This document shows, one piece after another, positions 28,072 to 37,854 of a stretch of 41,453 bases of DNA. The position numbers and the translations under genes were made by a program. The stretch's first letter is position 1, and every line of letters begins with the position of its first letter. Source of the DNA: Deltaproteobacteria bacterium TL4 (GTDB lineage Bacteria > SAR324 > NAC60-12); the NCBI GenBank assembly GCA_051382335.1, contig JBBCAX010000289.1, positions 1-41,453 of the forward strand. Reading direction: 5' to 3'. The notes below the pieces were generated by a model, which was not told the DNA's origin, ran no database searches, and saw only the letters and a list, made by a program, of their open reading frames with translations.

Positions 28072-28533
28072 ATGGAAGCATCAGAGTGTATTACAACAAG
28101 AGGAGATGAATTCGTTGGATGGGCGCGGAAATTCTCACTTTTTCCCTATCCGTTTGTAACCGCTTGTTGCGCGATGGAGTTTATGTCGGTCAGCGCGACG
28201 ATATACGATACGGACCGCTTTGGGGCAGCGCTTCCACGATTTACGCCGAGACAATCGGACTTGATGATGGTCGTTGGAACGGTCACTCATAAACAAGCCC
28301 CGATTCTGAGAAAAGTTTATGAACAGATGTGTGAACCCAAGTGGGTGATGGCGTTTGGAGCTTGTGCGACAAGCGGTGGATTTTACAGAAATTATGCCGC
28401 TGTTCAGGGAATAGATAAAATCATTCCGGTTGATATTTATATTCCAGGATGTCCTCCGCGTCCCGAAATGGTGATTGACGGCATTATAAAATTACAAGAA
28501 CAAATTTCAAAAGAAAAGCATCCTCTTATTTAA
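28072..28533 (+). CDS. nuoB: NADH-quinone oxidoreductase subunit B
   Basis: N2-cluster motifs TACCAME, GACATSGG and YIPGCPPRPE. Confidence 0.97.
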   Translation: MEASECITTRGDEFVGWARKFSLFPYPFVTACCAMEFMSVSATIYDTDRFGAALPRFTPRQSDLMMVVGTVTHKQAPILRKVYEQMCEPKWVMAFGACATSGGFYRNYAAVQGIDKIIPVDIYIPGCPPRPEMVIDGIIKLQEQISKEKHPLI

Positions 28534-28535
28534 TT

Positions 28536-29006
28536 ATGAAACCACTACATGAAGAAATAAAAAAAGCAGCAAAGGAATGTATCCTTGAAGATTTCGATGC
28601 AATCGGCATGATGTGCATTGTGACAGACTACGATCATCTGATACCTCTTGTCATCCTGCTTAAGGATCGTTTTGGCTTTCAGATGTTTTTAGATGTTACT
28701 GCGGTGGACTATCCCGAAAGAGAGTACAGGTTTGAGGTGGTTTATCATTTTCTTTCCGTTGCAAGCAGGGAGCGGATCAGGGTTAAATTGAAGGTAAAAG
28801 AAGTGCGGCCCAACGTTCCGACGCTCAGGACTCTTTTCGGCTCTGCCTACTATATGGAACGTGAAACGCATGAGATGTATGGAATCGTTTTTGACGGAAA
28901 CGATGATTTGAGACCGATTCTATTATATGAGGAGTTTGTGGGTTATCCTTTACGCAAGGATTATCCGATTGCTAAGGAACAGCCTCGTGTAGAGTATCGG
29001 AAGTAA
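28536..29006 (+). CDS. nuoC: NADH-quinone oxidoreductase subunit C
   Basis: Motifs DVTAVDY, RFEVVYH, ERETHEMYGI and GYPLRKDYP. Confidence 0.96.
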   Translation: MKPLHEEIKKAAKECILEDFDAIGMMCIVTDYDHLIPLVILLKDRFGFQMFLDVTAVDYPEREYRFEVVYHFLSVASRERIRVKLKVKEVRPNVPTLRTLFGSAYYMERETHEMYGIVFDGNDDLRPILLYEEFVGYPLRKDYPIAKEQPRVEYRK

Positions 29007-29034
29007 TGTCTTGCTTATAGGCTTGTAAGATTGG

Positions 29035-30240
29035 GTGATACTTGTGGAAATAGAGAATACAGAAAAATTGGAAGCATCAAAAAGAGTTGAGATCAATGTT
29101 GGGCCTTCACATCCTGCTATGCATGGTACGATTCAGATGATCATGGAATTGGATGGTGAGACAGTAAAAAAAGTGGATGTGCATTGCGGATATTTGCACA
29201 GAGGCTTTGAAAAAGAATGTGAAGCCCATACGTATCACAATCTGATCCCCTATACGGACAGGCTTAACTATTGTTCAGCCATGATCAATAATTTTGCCTA
29301 TGCCGAAACCGTTGAAAAATTATTTGGGATTGAAATTACTCCCAGATGTAAATACCTACGAACGCTACTTACGGAATATAGCAGAATTCAAGATCATCTG
29401 ACCTGTGTTGGTGCCGCCTTGATGGAACTGGGAGCTATGACTCCTTTTCTATATCTGATGACCGTCCGTGATTACATGTATGAACATACAAATCATTTGA
29501 CTGGCGCACGGCTTACACATTCCTTTGTCAGAATCGGTGGCTTGGCCCGTGATCTTCCCGATGGATGGTTGGATCGTCTTGAGGAACTCCTGAAATTTTA
29601 TGAAAAATATGTTATACGGGTTCATGGTCTGATTGATCGGAATCGAATCTTTATTGATAGAATGCGCAATGTGGGAGTTCTTTCAAAAGAAGACGCGATT
29701 AACTGGGGGTATACCGGCCCTATTTTGAGATCTACGGGTGTTCCGTGGGATTTGCGAAAAGCGACTCCTTATCTAGCTTATGATGAGGTTGATTTTGACG
29801 TCCCCACAGGAATAAAAGGTGATAACTATGACCGCTATTATGTCCGAATGGTGGAAATGGATGAGTCTGTAAAGATTATTCGCCAATGTGTCAGACAATT
29901 ACCGGGAGGCCCGATCAATGCCTACGGTCATGCGTTCATGCTTCCTGAAAAGGAACGCGTTTATAAGGAAATTGAGTCTCTTATCAATCATTTCAAAATC
30001 ATCATGGATGGTCCTAAAGTCCCTGCGGGCGAGGTTTATTGTGCTCATGAGGGAGCTAACGGCGAGCTTGGATTCTATTTAGTCAGTCAGGGCGGCGGCA
30101 AGCCCTACAAACTGCACGTAAGATCTCCAAGTTTTGTTCATGTCGGAGGAATTCATAAAATGATTGAAGGGGGGCAATTTGCTGATGTTGTGCCCACGTT
30201 TGGCCAGGTGAATATGATTGGCGGAGAATGTGATCGATGA
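29035..30240 (+). CDS. nuoD: NADH-quinone oxidoreductase subunit D
   Basis: Motifs NVGPSHPAMHG, GYLHRGFEK, DRLNY and C-terminal GECDR. Exact start uncertain. Confidence 0.97.
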   Translation: MILVEIENTEKLEASKRVEINVGPSHPAMHGTIQMIMELDGETVKKVDVHCGYLHRGFEKECEAHTYHNLIPYTDRLNYCSAMINNFAYAETVEKLFGIEITPRCKYLRTLLTEYSRIQDHLTCVGAALMELGAMTPFLYLMTVRDYMYEHTNHLTGARLTHSFVRIGGLARDLPDGWLDRLEELLKFYEKYVIRVHGLIDRNRIFIDRMRNVGVLSKEDAINWGYTGPILRSTGVPWDLRKATPYLAYDEVDFDVPTGIKGDNYDRYYVRMVEMDESVKIIRQCVRQLPGGPINAYGHAFMLPEKERVYKEIESLINHFKIIMDGPKVPAGEVYCAHEGANGELGFYLVSQGGGKPYKLHVRSPSFVHVGGIHKMIEGGQFADVVPTFGQVNMIGGECDR

Positions 30241-30698
30241 GTATTAAGGAAACCTTTGATAAAATAAAAGTTCGATATCCAGTAGGGGCTGAAAGTTCCC
30301 TGGTTCTTCCCCTGTTGCATGCGGTACAGAACGAAAATGGATATATCACGGATGAAGACATCCTGGAAGTCGCAAACTGTGCCGGGGTTCCAGCCATTCA
30401 AGTTGAAGAGGCTGTAAGTTGGTATCATATGCTGACTAAGAAGAAAAAGGGAAAGTATCATATCAAGTTCTGCAGAAATATAGTCTGCTCCATGCGAGGA
30501 GCGGAAAATATGGTGGAATATGTAAGTAAAAAATTGGGTATCAAGCCGGGAGAAACAACGCCTGACGGGAAATTTTGCCTGAGCCTGGTTGAGTGTTTGG
30601 CATCATGCGGGACTGCGCCTGTTATGCAATTAAACAAGACCTATCATGAGGACCTGACCTTAGAAAAGGTTGATGCCATTCTTGCGGAGTTGAAATAA
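30237..30698 (+). CDS. nuoE: NADH-quinone oxidoreductase subunit E
   Basis: [2Fe-2S] motifs CRNIVC and ECLASCGTAP. ATGA overlap with nuoD. Confidence 0.96.
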   Translation: MSIKETFDKIKVRYPVGAESSLVLPLLHAVQNENGYITDEDILEVANCAGVPAIQVEEAVSWYHMLTKKKKGKYHIKFCRNIVCSMRGAENMVEYVSKKLGIKPGETTPDGKFCLSLVECLASCGTAPVMQLNKTYHEDLTLEKVDAILAELK

Positions 30699-30701
30699 GC
30701 T

Positions 30702-31991
30702 ATGTCCAATACAAAGGTATTTATCAATTTTGAGGTTACTGAAGATTCACATTCTCTTGTGAATTACCGGAAGCGTGGTGGATATCAGGCACTTAAAAAA
30801 GTTCTGGAAAAGATGAGTCCTGAAGCTGTCACGGAAGAAGTGAAACAGGCCAATCTCAGAGGAAGGGGAGGTGCCGGATTTCCTGCGGGCGTAAAGTGGT
30901 CATTCATAAAAAAATCTGAAAAGCCGGTATATCTTTGCTGTAATGCGGATGAGGGGGAACCAGGAACCTTCAAAGATCGATGGCTTCTGGAAAATAATCC
31001 TCATCAGTTGATTGAGGGAATGCTGATTGCTGCCTTTGCCATTGGTGTCAAATATAGTTTTATTTATATTCGCGGCGAATTTGATCTTTCCTATCGAAGA
31101 ATAGTTGACGCTGTAGAAGAAGCCTATGCAAATAATCTTCTGGGTGCAGGAATACTTGGGACTGATTTTTCCTGCCATATGGCCGTTCACCAGGGAGCAG
31201 GTTCCTACGTTTGTGGTGACGAAACGGCATTGATCCATTCTCTGGAAGGTTTTAAGGGCTATCCAAAAATCAAACCTCCGTTTCCGGCAGTTTCCGGCCT
31301 TTATAAATCACCCACAATTGTTAACAATGTCGAAACGCTGGCTGCAGTACCTTGGGTTATCGCAAACGGAGGACCCGCTTATAAAGCCATGGGTGTTGGA
31401 AAGAGCAACGGAACCAAGCTTTTTTCCGTTTCAGGACATATCAACAAACCCGGGGTGTATGAATTGGAACTTGGTTATCCCTTCAAAACTTTTTTTGAAA
31501 AAGAATGTGGAGGGATGCTTTATGGGAAAAAATTAAAAGCGGTTATTCCCGGCGGTTCTTCAACCCCTGTCCTGAGATCTGAAGAAATCCTGGAATGTAA
31601 CATGGATTATGAATCCTTACAGGCAAAGGGCAGTTCTCTTGGTTCAGGTGCGGTAATTGTCATCGCTGAAGGGACCTGCATGGTAAAATTGCTTTATGTG
31701 ACGGTAAGGTTTTATCGGAATGAGTCTTGCGGTCAATGTACTCCATGCAGGGAAGGTGTGGACTGGATGGAAAGAATTCTGGCGCGACTGGTCTCTGGCA
31801 AGGGCGAAGAAGGAGACGACGTTCAACTGAAAAAAATTGCGAATAGTATCATGGGAAGGACGATTTGTCCGTTGGGGGATGCTGCTGCGATGCCGGTAAT
31901 TGGTTTTGTGGATAAGTATAAAGACGAGTTTTTATACGCGATAAAAAATAAAAAATTGATGTTTGGCGGTAACTTAGAATGCTTGAAATAA
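30702..31991 (+). CDS. nuoF: NADH-quinone oxidoreductase subunit F
   Basis: Motifs LRGRGGAGFP, NADEGEPGTFKDR, ESCGQCTPCREG and TICPLG. Confidence 0.97.
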   Translation: MSNTKVFINFEVTEDSHSLVNYRKRGGYQALKKVLEKMSPEAVTEEVKQANLRGRGGAGFPAGVKWSFIKKSEKPVYLCCNADEGEPGTFKDRWLLENNPHQLIEGMLIAAFAIGVKYSFIYIRGEFDLSYRRIVDAVEEAYANNLLGAGILGTDFSCHMAVHQGAGSYVCGDETALIHSLEGFKGYPKIKPPFPAVSGLYKSPTIVNNVETLAAVPWVIANGGPAYKAMGVGKSNGTKLFSVSGHINKPGVYELELGYPFKTFFEKECGGMLYGKKLKAVIPGGSSTPVLRSEEILECNMDYESLQAKGSSLGSGAVIVIAEGTCMVKLLYVTVRFYRNESCGQCTPCREGVDWMERILARLVSGKGEEGDDVQLKKIANSIMGRTICPLGDAAAMPVIGFVDKYKDEFLYAIKNKKLMFGGNLECLK

Positions 31992-33394
31992 CAATAAACG
32001 GAAAAAAACTACAAGCAAACAGAGATCAGACCGTACTTGAGGTTGCTTTGGATAATGGGATTCAGATACCGTATCTGTGCTATCATCCTCAACTTTCCAT
32101 TGCGGCCAACTGCAGGATTTGCCTGGTAAAATTAACAAATTCCCCGAAACTTCAACCCGCCTGCAATACGATGGTAAGCGAGAATATGCAGGTGGATACG
32201 GTATGTGATGAGGTTAAGGAAGCACGGAAGACGGTGATGCAGTTTCTGACCCTTGATCATCCGGTTGATTGTGGAATTTGTGATAAAGCGGGTGAATGCA
32301 AATTGCAGGAATATCATTTTGCTTACAACGGGGGTGCCTGTGTTTCGAAGGAGCCCAAAAAGCATAAGCAGAAGTACTATGACATCAATGACCGGATTGT
32401 TTATGATGCGGAAAGATGTGTTCTGTGTAGTCGATGTGTTCGTTTTAGCGCAGAAATATCCAAAACTAACGCTTTGGGAATTGTTGGGCAAGGTAGTAAA
32501 GCCAGAGTCGCTCATATTCAAGGTCAGCCCTATAACGATCCCTACAGTGATAATGTGGTGGACTTGTGTCCGGTTGGGGCACTGCTTTCAAAGGATTTTA
32601 TGTACCAGAGTCGTGTCTGGTATTTGGAAAAAGTTCCTTTTGTCTGTCCAGGATGTGAGACAGGATGCGCGGTATATGCTTGGCGAAAGAAAAAGGAATG
32701 GCGTTATCAGTCTTGCTTAAAAGAAGTCAATAACAGGGTCTTTCGCGTATCACCCCGTAAGAATGCTACAGATAAAGGTCCATGGATTTGTAATTTTGGT
32801 CGTGATTCTTACAAGTTCTTTGAAAAAGAACGCCTGAACGAGTGTTTGTACAACGGAAAGTCCGAATCCTTGGAAAAAGTCTTGAATGAAACAAAAACGC
32901 TGATGAAAAATGCGGCTAAGCCTGCTGTGGTTATTTCTCTGTATGGATCGAATGAGGAAATGAAGGCATGCCAAGAGGCGTTTGATGCAAAATGGAAGTT
33001 TGTTTTCAAAGATGAGCGGACTTTGGAAAAGGATGAACCGGTTGAAGACGATCTACTGATTCGGAAAAACAAAAATCCTAATCTGCAAACCGCGAAAGGG
33101 CTTTTTAAAGAAACGGGTAAAGAAGAACTGGCGTCTGCTGATGTGGTGTTGGTGTGGGGAAGCGGTTTTGATTTAAAATGGATCAAACCCAGTGCAAAAG
33201 TGATCTATCTGACATCGTTCAAGGACACGCTTGTCGATAAGGCCAGTATCGCTATTCCTATCTCGACGATGTTGGAACAGTCCGGATCTTTCACTAATTT
33301 TGAAAACAAAACACAAAAATTTGAACAAGTATTTGAAAAACCTGACACAGTTTACCGTGCCGCGGATATTTTTAAATTATTAAAGGGCGTATAG
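31979..33394 (+). CDS. nuoG: NADH-quinone oxidoreductase subunit G, short form (471 aa)
   Basis: Motifs CYHP..CRIC, HPVDCGICDKAGEC, CVLCSRC..CPVGAL and CPGCETGC..WICNFGR. Located between nuoF and nuoH. Confidence 0.92.
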   Translation: MLEITINGKKLQANRDQTVLEVALDNGIQIPYLCYHPQLSIAANCRICLVKLTNSPKLQPACNTMVSENMQVDTVCDEVKEARKTVMQFLTLDHPVDCGICDKAGECKLQEYHFAYNGGACVSKEPKKHKQKYYDINDRIVYDAERCVLCSRCVRFSAEISKTNALGIVGQGSKARVAHIQGQPYNDPYSDNVVDLCPVGALLSKDFMYQSRVWYLEKVPFVCPGCETGCAVYAWRKKKEWRYQSCLKEVNNRVFRVSPRKNATDKGPWICNFGRDSYKFFEKERLNECLYNGKSESLEKVLNETKTLMKNAAKPAVVISLYGSNEEMKACQEAFDAKWKFVFKDERTLEKDEPVEDDLLIRKNKNPNLQTAKGLFKETGKEELASADVVLVWGSGFDLKWIKPSAKVIYLTSFKDTLVDKASIAIPISTMLEQSGSFTNFENKTQKFEQVFEKPDTVYRAADIFKLLKGV

Positions 33395-33395
33395 C

Positions 33396-34544
33396 ATGAT
33401 TGCTGACATTGTAATTTTATTAATCATGGTCGTATATGTGATGGTTCTCCTGATCAGTTTGGGAGGTCTGCTGACGTGGGTTGAACGTAAACAGGGGGCT
33501 GTCATGGCTGACCGTATCGGTGCAAACAGGTGCTACCTCCCTGTCCCGTTTACAGATTACAAAATTGTATGGTGGGGACTATTTCATGGAATAGCGGATG
33601 GCCTGAAAATGATCACGAAAGAGGATTTTCATCCTGACTCCAATGATAAATTTGCCTATGCTCTTGCTCCGTGGCTTTGTATTATCCCTGTGTTGCTGGC
33701 TTTTGCTGTCATACCGTTTGGTGGACAACTGATTCCATCAAAATTGTTTGGTATCGGGGATTTTCTGGAAGGAATATTTGGGGATAAGTCCTATTTCCTC
33801 CAAATCGCCAAGCTTGACGCTGGATTGCTGGTTATTTTCGCTGTGGGGGGGTTAGGTGTTATTGGTACAATTCTGGCGGGGTGGTCTTCAAATAATAAGT
33901 TTTCGTTCATGGGAGGGCTTAGGGCGTCTGCACAGATGATTTCCTATGAAGTCTCCATGGGACTCTCCTTACTGGGACTTGTGGTCGTCTTTGGAAGTGT
34001 TGATTTGGATCAGATCGTAAGAGAACAATCGGGCCTGATTTTTGGGGTGTTGCCGAGATGGGGATTTTTTCTTCAGCCGTTTGCCTTTATTCTTTTTCTC
34101 ACCACTGCCATGGCGGAAAACAAACGTGCTCCTTTTGACCTTCCCGAGTGTGAATCCGAGCTGGTTTGCGGCTATTTTACGGAATACAACGCCATGAAAA
34201 TGGGTCTCTTCATGTTTGGTGAATTCATTGAGATTGTCGTGATTTCCGCCATATTGACCACATTATTTTTTGGTGGCTATAATCTTCCGTATCTTTCCGA
34301 TGCTGGATTCAGTTTCCCGTTCGGTTACACCCTCGCACTTTCACATACCTCGGTTTTGATTCTTCAATTGATCACATTTGTCGTTAAAATAATGGTGTTG
34401 TGCAGCTTTCAAATTCAGATTCGCTGGACATTGCCAAGATTTCGATATGATCAGTTGATGGGGTTCGGTTGGAAATTTTTACTTCCCTTGGCCATGATAA
34501 ACCTGGTTGGATCTGTGATCTATAAATGGTTGGTAACGATGTAG
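33396..34544 (+). CDS. nuoH: NADH-quinone oxidoreductase subunit H
   Basis: Motifs WVERK, IADGLK, LRASAQMISYE, PFDLPECESEL and RWTLPRFRYDQLM. Confidence 0.97.
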   Translation: MIADIVILLIMVVYVMVLLISLGGLLTWVERKQGAVMADRIGANRCYLPVPFTDYKIVWWGLFHGIADGLKMITKEDFHPDSNDKFAYALAPWLCIIPVLLAFAVIPFGGQLIPSKLFGIGDFLEGIFGDKSYFLQIAKLDAGLLVIFAVGGLGVIGTILAGWSSNNKFSFMGGLRASAQMISYEVSMGLSLLGLVVVFGSVDLDQIVREQSGLIFGVLPRWGFFLQPFAFILFLTTAMAENKRAPFDLPECESELVCGYFTEYNAMKMGLFMFGEFIEIVVISAILTTLFFGGYNLPYLSDAGFSFPFGYTLALSHTSVLILQLITFVVKIMVLCSFQIQIRWTLPRFRYDQLMGFGWKFLLPLAMINLVGSVIYKWLVTM

Positions 34545-34589
34545 GGGATGGACATAAAGGACTAAGGTGTTTGAGCAAGGGATACGTGT

Positions 34590-35126
34590 ATGGGAGAGAT
34601 GAAAAAAAAATATTGGAATGAGCCCGAGATGGGACTCTGGGAACGTTTTTATTTCTTTGAAATAGGAAGAGGACTCTGCATTACCAGTGGTGTCTTTTTC
34701 GGAAATATGTTCAAGTGGCTTACGTTTCGTAAGGGCGCCCTAACGGTTTACTACCCGGAAGAAACTAGAGAAGATTATTCCCCTAAAAATAGAGGAAGAC
34801 ATGTTCTCGTTATGCGGGAAAATGGGAAACCCCAGTGTGTAGCTTGCAATATGTGTGCTACGGTATGTCCTGCCGGAGCTATTGAAATTGAAGCCGCACA
34901 GGATTTAGGAGATCAGATTCATCCCAAATCACCAGTAAAATTCGAACTGGATTATTCCAGATGTGTTTTTTGTGGATTTTGTGTCGAAGCCTGTCCTGAG
35001 GATGCCATCAGAATGGATATTACCGTTAATAATTTTCCGGTTTACGATCGTTCAACACTCTGGACATCTAAAGAGGAATTGCTAACATGGAATCCCCAGA
35101 AGGATTCCAAAAAAGTATATAAGTAG
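34590..35126 (+). CDS. nuoI: NADH-quinone oxidoreductase subunit I
   Basis: Two CxxCxxCxxxCP motifs (CVACNMCATVCP and CVFCGFCVEACP). Confidence 0.96.
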   Translation: MGEMKKKYWNEPEMGLWERFYFFEIGRGLCITSGVFFGNMFKWLTFRKGALTVYYPEETREDYSPKNRGRHVLVMRENGKPQCVACNMCATVCPAGAIEIEAAQDLGDQIHPKSPVKFELDYSRCVFCGFCVEACPEDAIRMDITVNNFPVYDRSTLWTSKEELLTWNPQKDSKKVYK

Positions 35127-35138
35127 AGGAGTACGGTC

Positions 35139-35642
35139 TTGTTCGAAACATTCTTTCTATGGTTTTTTGGCTTATTGGCAATGCTGTTTGCCATAGGGTT
35201 GATTATGCAAAAACATCCTATGCGCGCCGCTCTTTCCCTTATCGGAGTGATGATCTCACTTGCCGCAATCTATGGCATTCTGCAGGTTCATGTGGTCGCT
35301 GTGTTTCAGGTGTTGGTCTATGTTGGCGCGGTGATGGTCTTTATGATCTACGTCATTATGATGTTGGATGACAAGGATATGGCTTTTATTCAAAAGTATT
35401 CGAAGTTGCTCGTTCCAGGTGTAGTTGTTTTTTTTGTATTTCTTGTTGCGATGATCGGAGCCTTATCCAGGGCTTCCGTAATTTTCAAACCTCTTGAGTC
35501 GAATAGCAAGATTTTTACATTTGAAGTCTTTTCCGAGAAATTTATTACCCATTATTTATTCCACTTTGAACTGGCTTCGTTATTATTACTTGTCGGCGTC
35601 ATTGCGGCGGTAACGGTTATTAAAGGGGGCAGACATGGATAA
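35139..35642 (+). CDS. nuoJ: NADH-quinone oxidoreductase subunit J
   Basis: Motifs QVLVYVGAVMV and FELASLLLLV. Operon position. GAGGAG RBS before TTG. Confidence 0.94.
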   Translation: MFETFFLWFFGLLAMLFAIGLIMQKHPMRAALSLIGVMISLAAIYGILQVHVVAVFQVLVYVGAVMVFMIYVIMMLDDKDMAFIQKYSKLLVPGVVVFFVFLVAMIGALSRASVIFKPLESNSKIFTFEVFSEKFITHYLFHFELASLLLLVGVIAAVTVIKGGRHG

Positions 35643-35937
35643 TGTTCAGTTTTTAGTCGGTCTGAGTGTTTTGTTATTTGCGACCGGACTTTTGGGGGTG
35701 ATCATAAGACGCAATTTGTTGATTGTTCTGATGTCGGTTGAGCTGATGCTTAATGGTGTCAGTCTTAGTCTGGTCACATTTTCAGTAATACACGGATCCA
35801 TCGATGGGGCGGTTTTTGCGTTTGTAATATTTGTCGTAGCTGCTTGTGAGATGGGGGTTGCCATTCCTACGATATTGCTTTTGATGAAATACAAAGACTC
35901 TCTTGATGTCTCGTCTTATACGGAATTGAAAGGATAG
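35635..35937 (+). CDS. nuoK: NADH-quinone oxidoreductase subunit K
   Basis: Motifs RRNL..LMSVELMLN and VAACE. 100 aa. Confidence 0.96.
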   Translation: MDNVQFLVGLSVLLFATGLLGVIIRRNLLIVLMSVELMLNGVSLSLVTFSVIHGSIDGAVFAFVIFVVAACEMGVAIPTILLLMKYKDSLDVSSYTELKG

Positions 35938-35943
35938 ATCTAA

Positions 35944-37854
35944 ATGGGGCAGACACTTTTTTACATAGTATTATTTCCTCTTATCGGCGCCGCGATTAAT
36001 GGGCTGTTTGGTAAGAATCTTCCAAAGAAGCTGGTTACATTTATCGCGTGTTTCCTACCCTTTTTGTCCTTTGTTTTGGTTGCTTTGAATTTTGCAAAGG
36101 TATACACAACCGGAAATCCCATCGTTCAAGAAGTATATACATGGATTGATATTCAAGGCTTCAATCTTTCCGTTGATCTCTATTTTGATCAACTGACCGC
36201 TGTCATGACTTTTGTCATTACCGGTGTGGGAACCTTGATTCACATCTATTCCACGGGATATATGTCCCATGACAAGGGATACGCGAAGTACTTCGCTTTT
36301 CTAAACCTGTTTGTCTTCTTCATGCTGATGCTGGTTTTGGGAAAGAATCTTGTGGTCCTGTTTGTAGGATGGGAAGGTGTGGGTTTATGTTCATATCTGC
36401 TTATCGGATTCTGGTTTGATGATGAAGACAAAGCAATTGCCGGAAAAAAAGCCTTTATTACCAATCGTATTGGAGATGCGGGTTTCCTTTTAGGAATGTT
36501 CCTGATCTTCTGGTATGTAAAAAGCTTTGATATCATGTCAATTAATGCTTTTTTCCATCAGGGATTGGTTACGACAGGGATAGCAAGCTTGATCGGAATT
36601 CTTCTTTTCGTCGGCGCATCCGGAAAGTCCGCACAGATTCCTCTCTATGTATGGTTGCCCGATGCCATGGCCGGTCCCACTCCGGTTTCAGCATTGATCC
36701 ATGCCGCGACAATGGTAACCGCGGGGGTTTATATGATTGCACGGTTGTCCGGGTTATATATTGAAGCGACATTTGCTTTGCAAATAGTCGGCATTATCGG
36801 CGGATTGACAGCGCTTATGGCGGCTTCCATTGGTCTTGTTCAAAACGACATAAAGAAAGTACTGGCTTATTCAACGGTGTCTCAACTGGGATTCATGTTC
36901 ATGGCTCTTGGCGCTGGAGCGTTTGTTGCCGCTATCTTTCATTTGTTTACCCATGCTTTTTTTAAGGCCTGTTTATTCCTGGGTTCAGGGTCTGTGATTC
37001 ATGCCATGCATCATGAACAGGATATGCGAAAAATGGGTGGGCTGAAAGCCAAAATGCCCGTTACTTTTTGGACGTTTCTGGTTGCGACAATTGCTATCGC
37101 GGGAATACCGCCGTTTGCCGGATTCTTTTCAAAGGATGAAATTTTATGGCAGGTCTATGCCTCCCCCCATGGCTCTCGTTTTGTCTGGTTGCTGGGGACG
37201 GTTGCTGCGCTTTTCACTTCATTTTACATGTTCAGAATCGTTTATATGACCTTTCTGGGAAAGAGCAGGGTCTCTAAAGATGTTCATCCGCATGAGTCTC
37301 CTTTTTCAATGATAAGCGTTTTGACCGTTCTTGCTGTTTTTTCAGCGGGTGCCGGATTTTTGGGTGTCCCTCAGTTGATTGGTGGAATGATTCATCTGCC
37401 CAATATATTTGAGCATTTTGTTGGACCTGTCATCGAAAATCCTCATATTACTGGGCACGGACATGCATTGGAAATCAGTTTGATGTTCCTTTCCATTGGA
37501 ATAGCTTTATTGGGCTGGGTACTGGCTCATCTCCTGTATAGCGGTTCTTTGGAACGGGCAGAAAATTTAAAAATCAAATTCCAGTCTGTGCATAAATTGC
37601 TTTATAACAAGTATTGGATTGATGAATTGTACCAAAAATTTATTATTGATCCGCTAAAAACGGTCTCAGAGAAAGTATTTTTGAATGTTGTGGATAAAGG
37701 TGTAATAGATGGATTTTTACATCTTATGGTCACGATTACGCAACGGTGTGCGAATGGATTCTCAAGGATTCAGACAGGAAGTCTTCATGCGTATGCCTTG
37801 TATATTTTCATCGGAATTGTATTTTGCGTAGCTTGGGGATATACCAATGGGTAA
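35944..37854 (+). CDS. nuoL: NADH-quinone oxidoreductase subunit L
   Basis: Motifs GWEGVGLCSYLLIGFW, KSAQIPLYVWLPDAMAGPTPVSALIHAATMV and THAFFKA. Confidence 0.97.
   Translation: MGQTLFYIVLFPLIGAAINGLFGKNLPKKLVTFIACFLPFLSFVLVALNFAKVYTTGNPIVQEVYTWIDIQGFNLSVDLYFDQLTAVMTFVITGVGTLIHIYSTGYMSHDKGYAKYFAFLNLFVFFMLMLVLGKNLVVLFVGWEGVGLCSYLLIGFWFDDEDKAIAGKKAFITNRIGDAGFLLGMFLIFWYVKSFDIMSINAFFHQGLVTTGIASLIGILLFVGASGKSAQIPLYVWLPDAMAGPTPVSALIHAATMVTAGVYMIARLSGLYIEATFALQIVGIIGGLTALMAASIGLVQNDIKKVLAYSTVSQLGFMFMALGAGAFVAAIFHLFTHAFFKACLFLGSGSVIHAMHHEQDMRKMGGLKAKMPVTFWTFLVATIAIAGIPPFAGFFSKDEILWQVYASPHGSRFVWLLGTVAALFTSFYMFRIVYMTFLGKSRVSKDVHPHESPFSMISVLTVLAVFSAGAGFLGVPQLIGGMIHLPNIFEHFVGPVIENPHITGHGHALEISLMFLSIGIALLGWVLAHLLYSGSLERAENLKIKFQSVHKLLYNKYWIDELYQKFIIDPLKTVSEKVFLNVVDKGVIDGFLHLMVTITQRCANGFSRIQTGSLHAYALYIFIGIVFCVAWGYTNG

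Noticed and set aside
31195..31230. NuoF GAGSYVCGDET in place of the usual GAGAYICGEET as a cofactor switch
   Set aside because: The change is conservative and the second Glu is retained, so there is no basis to claim altered NADH/NADPH preference.
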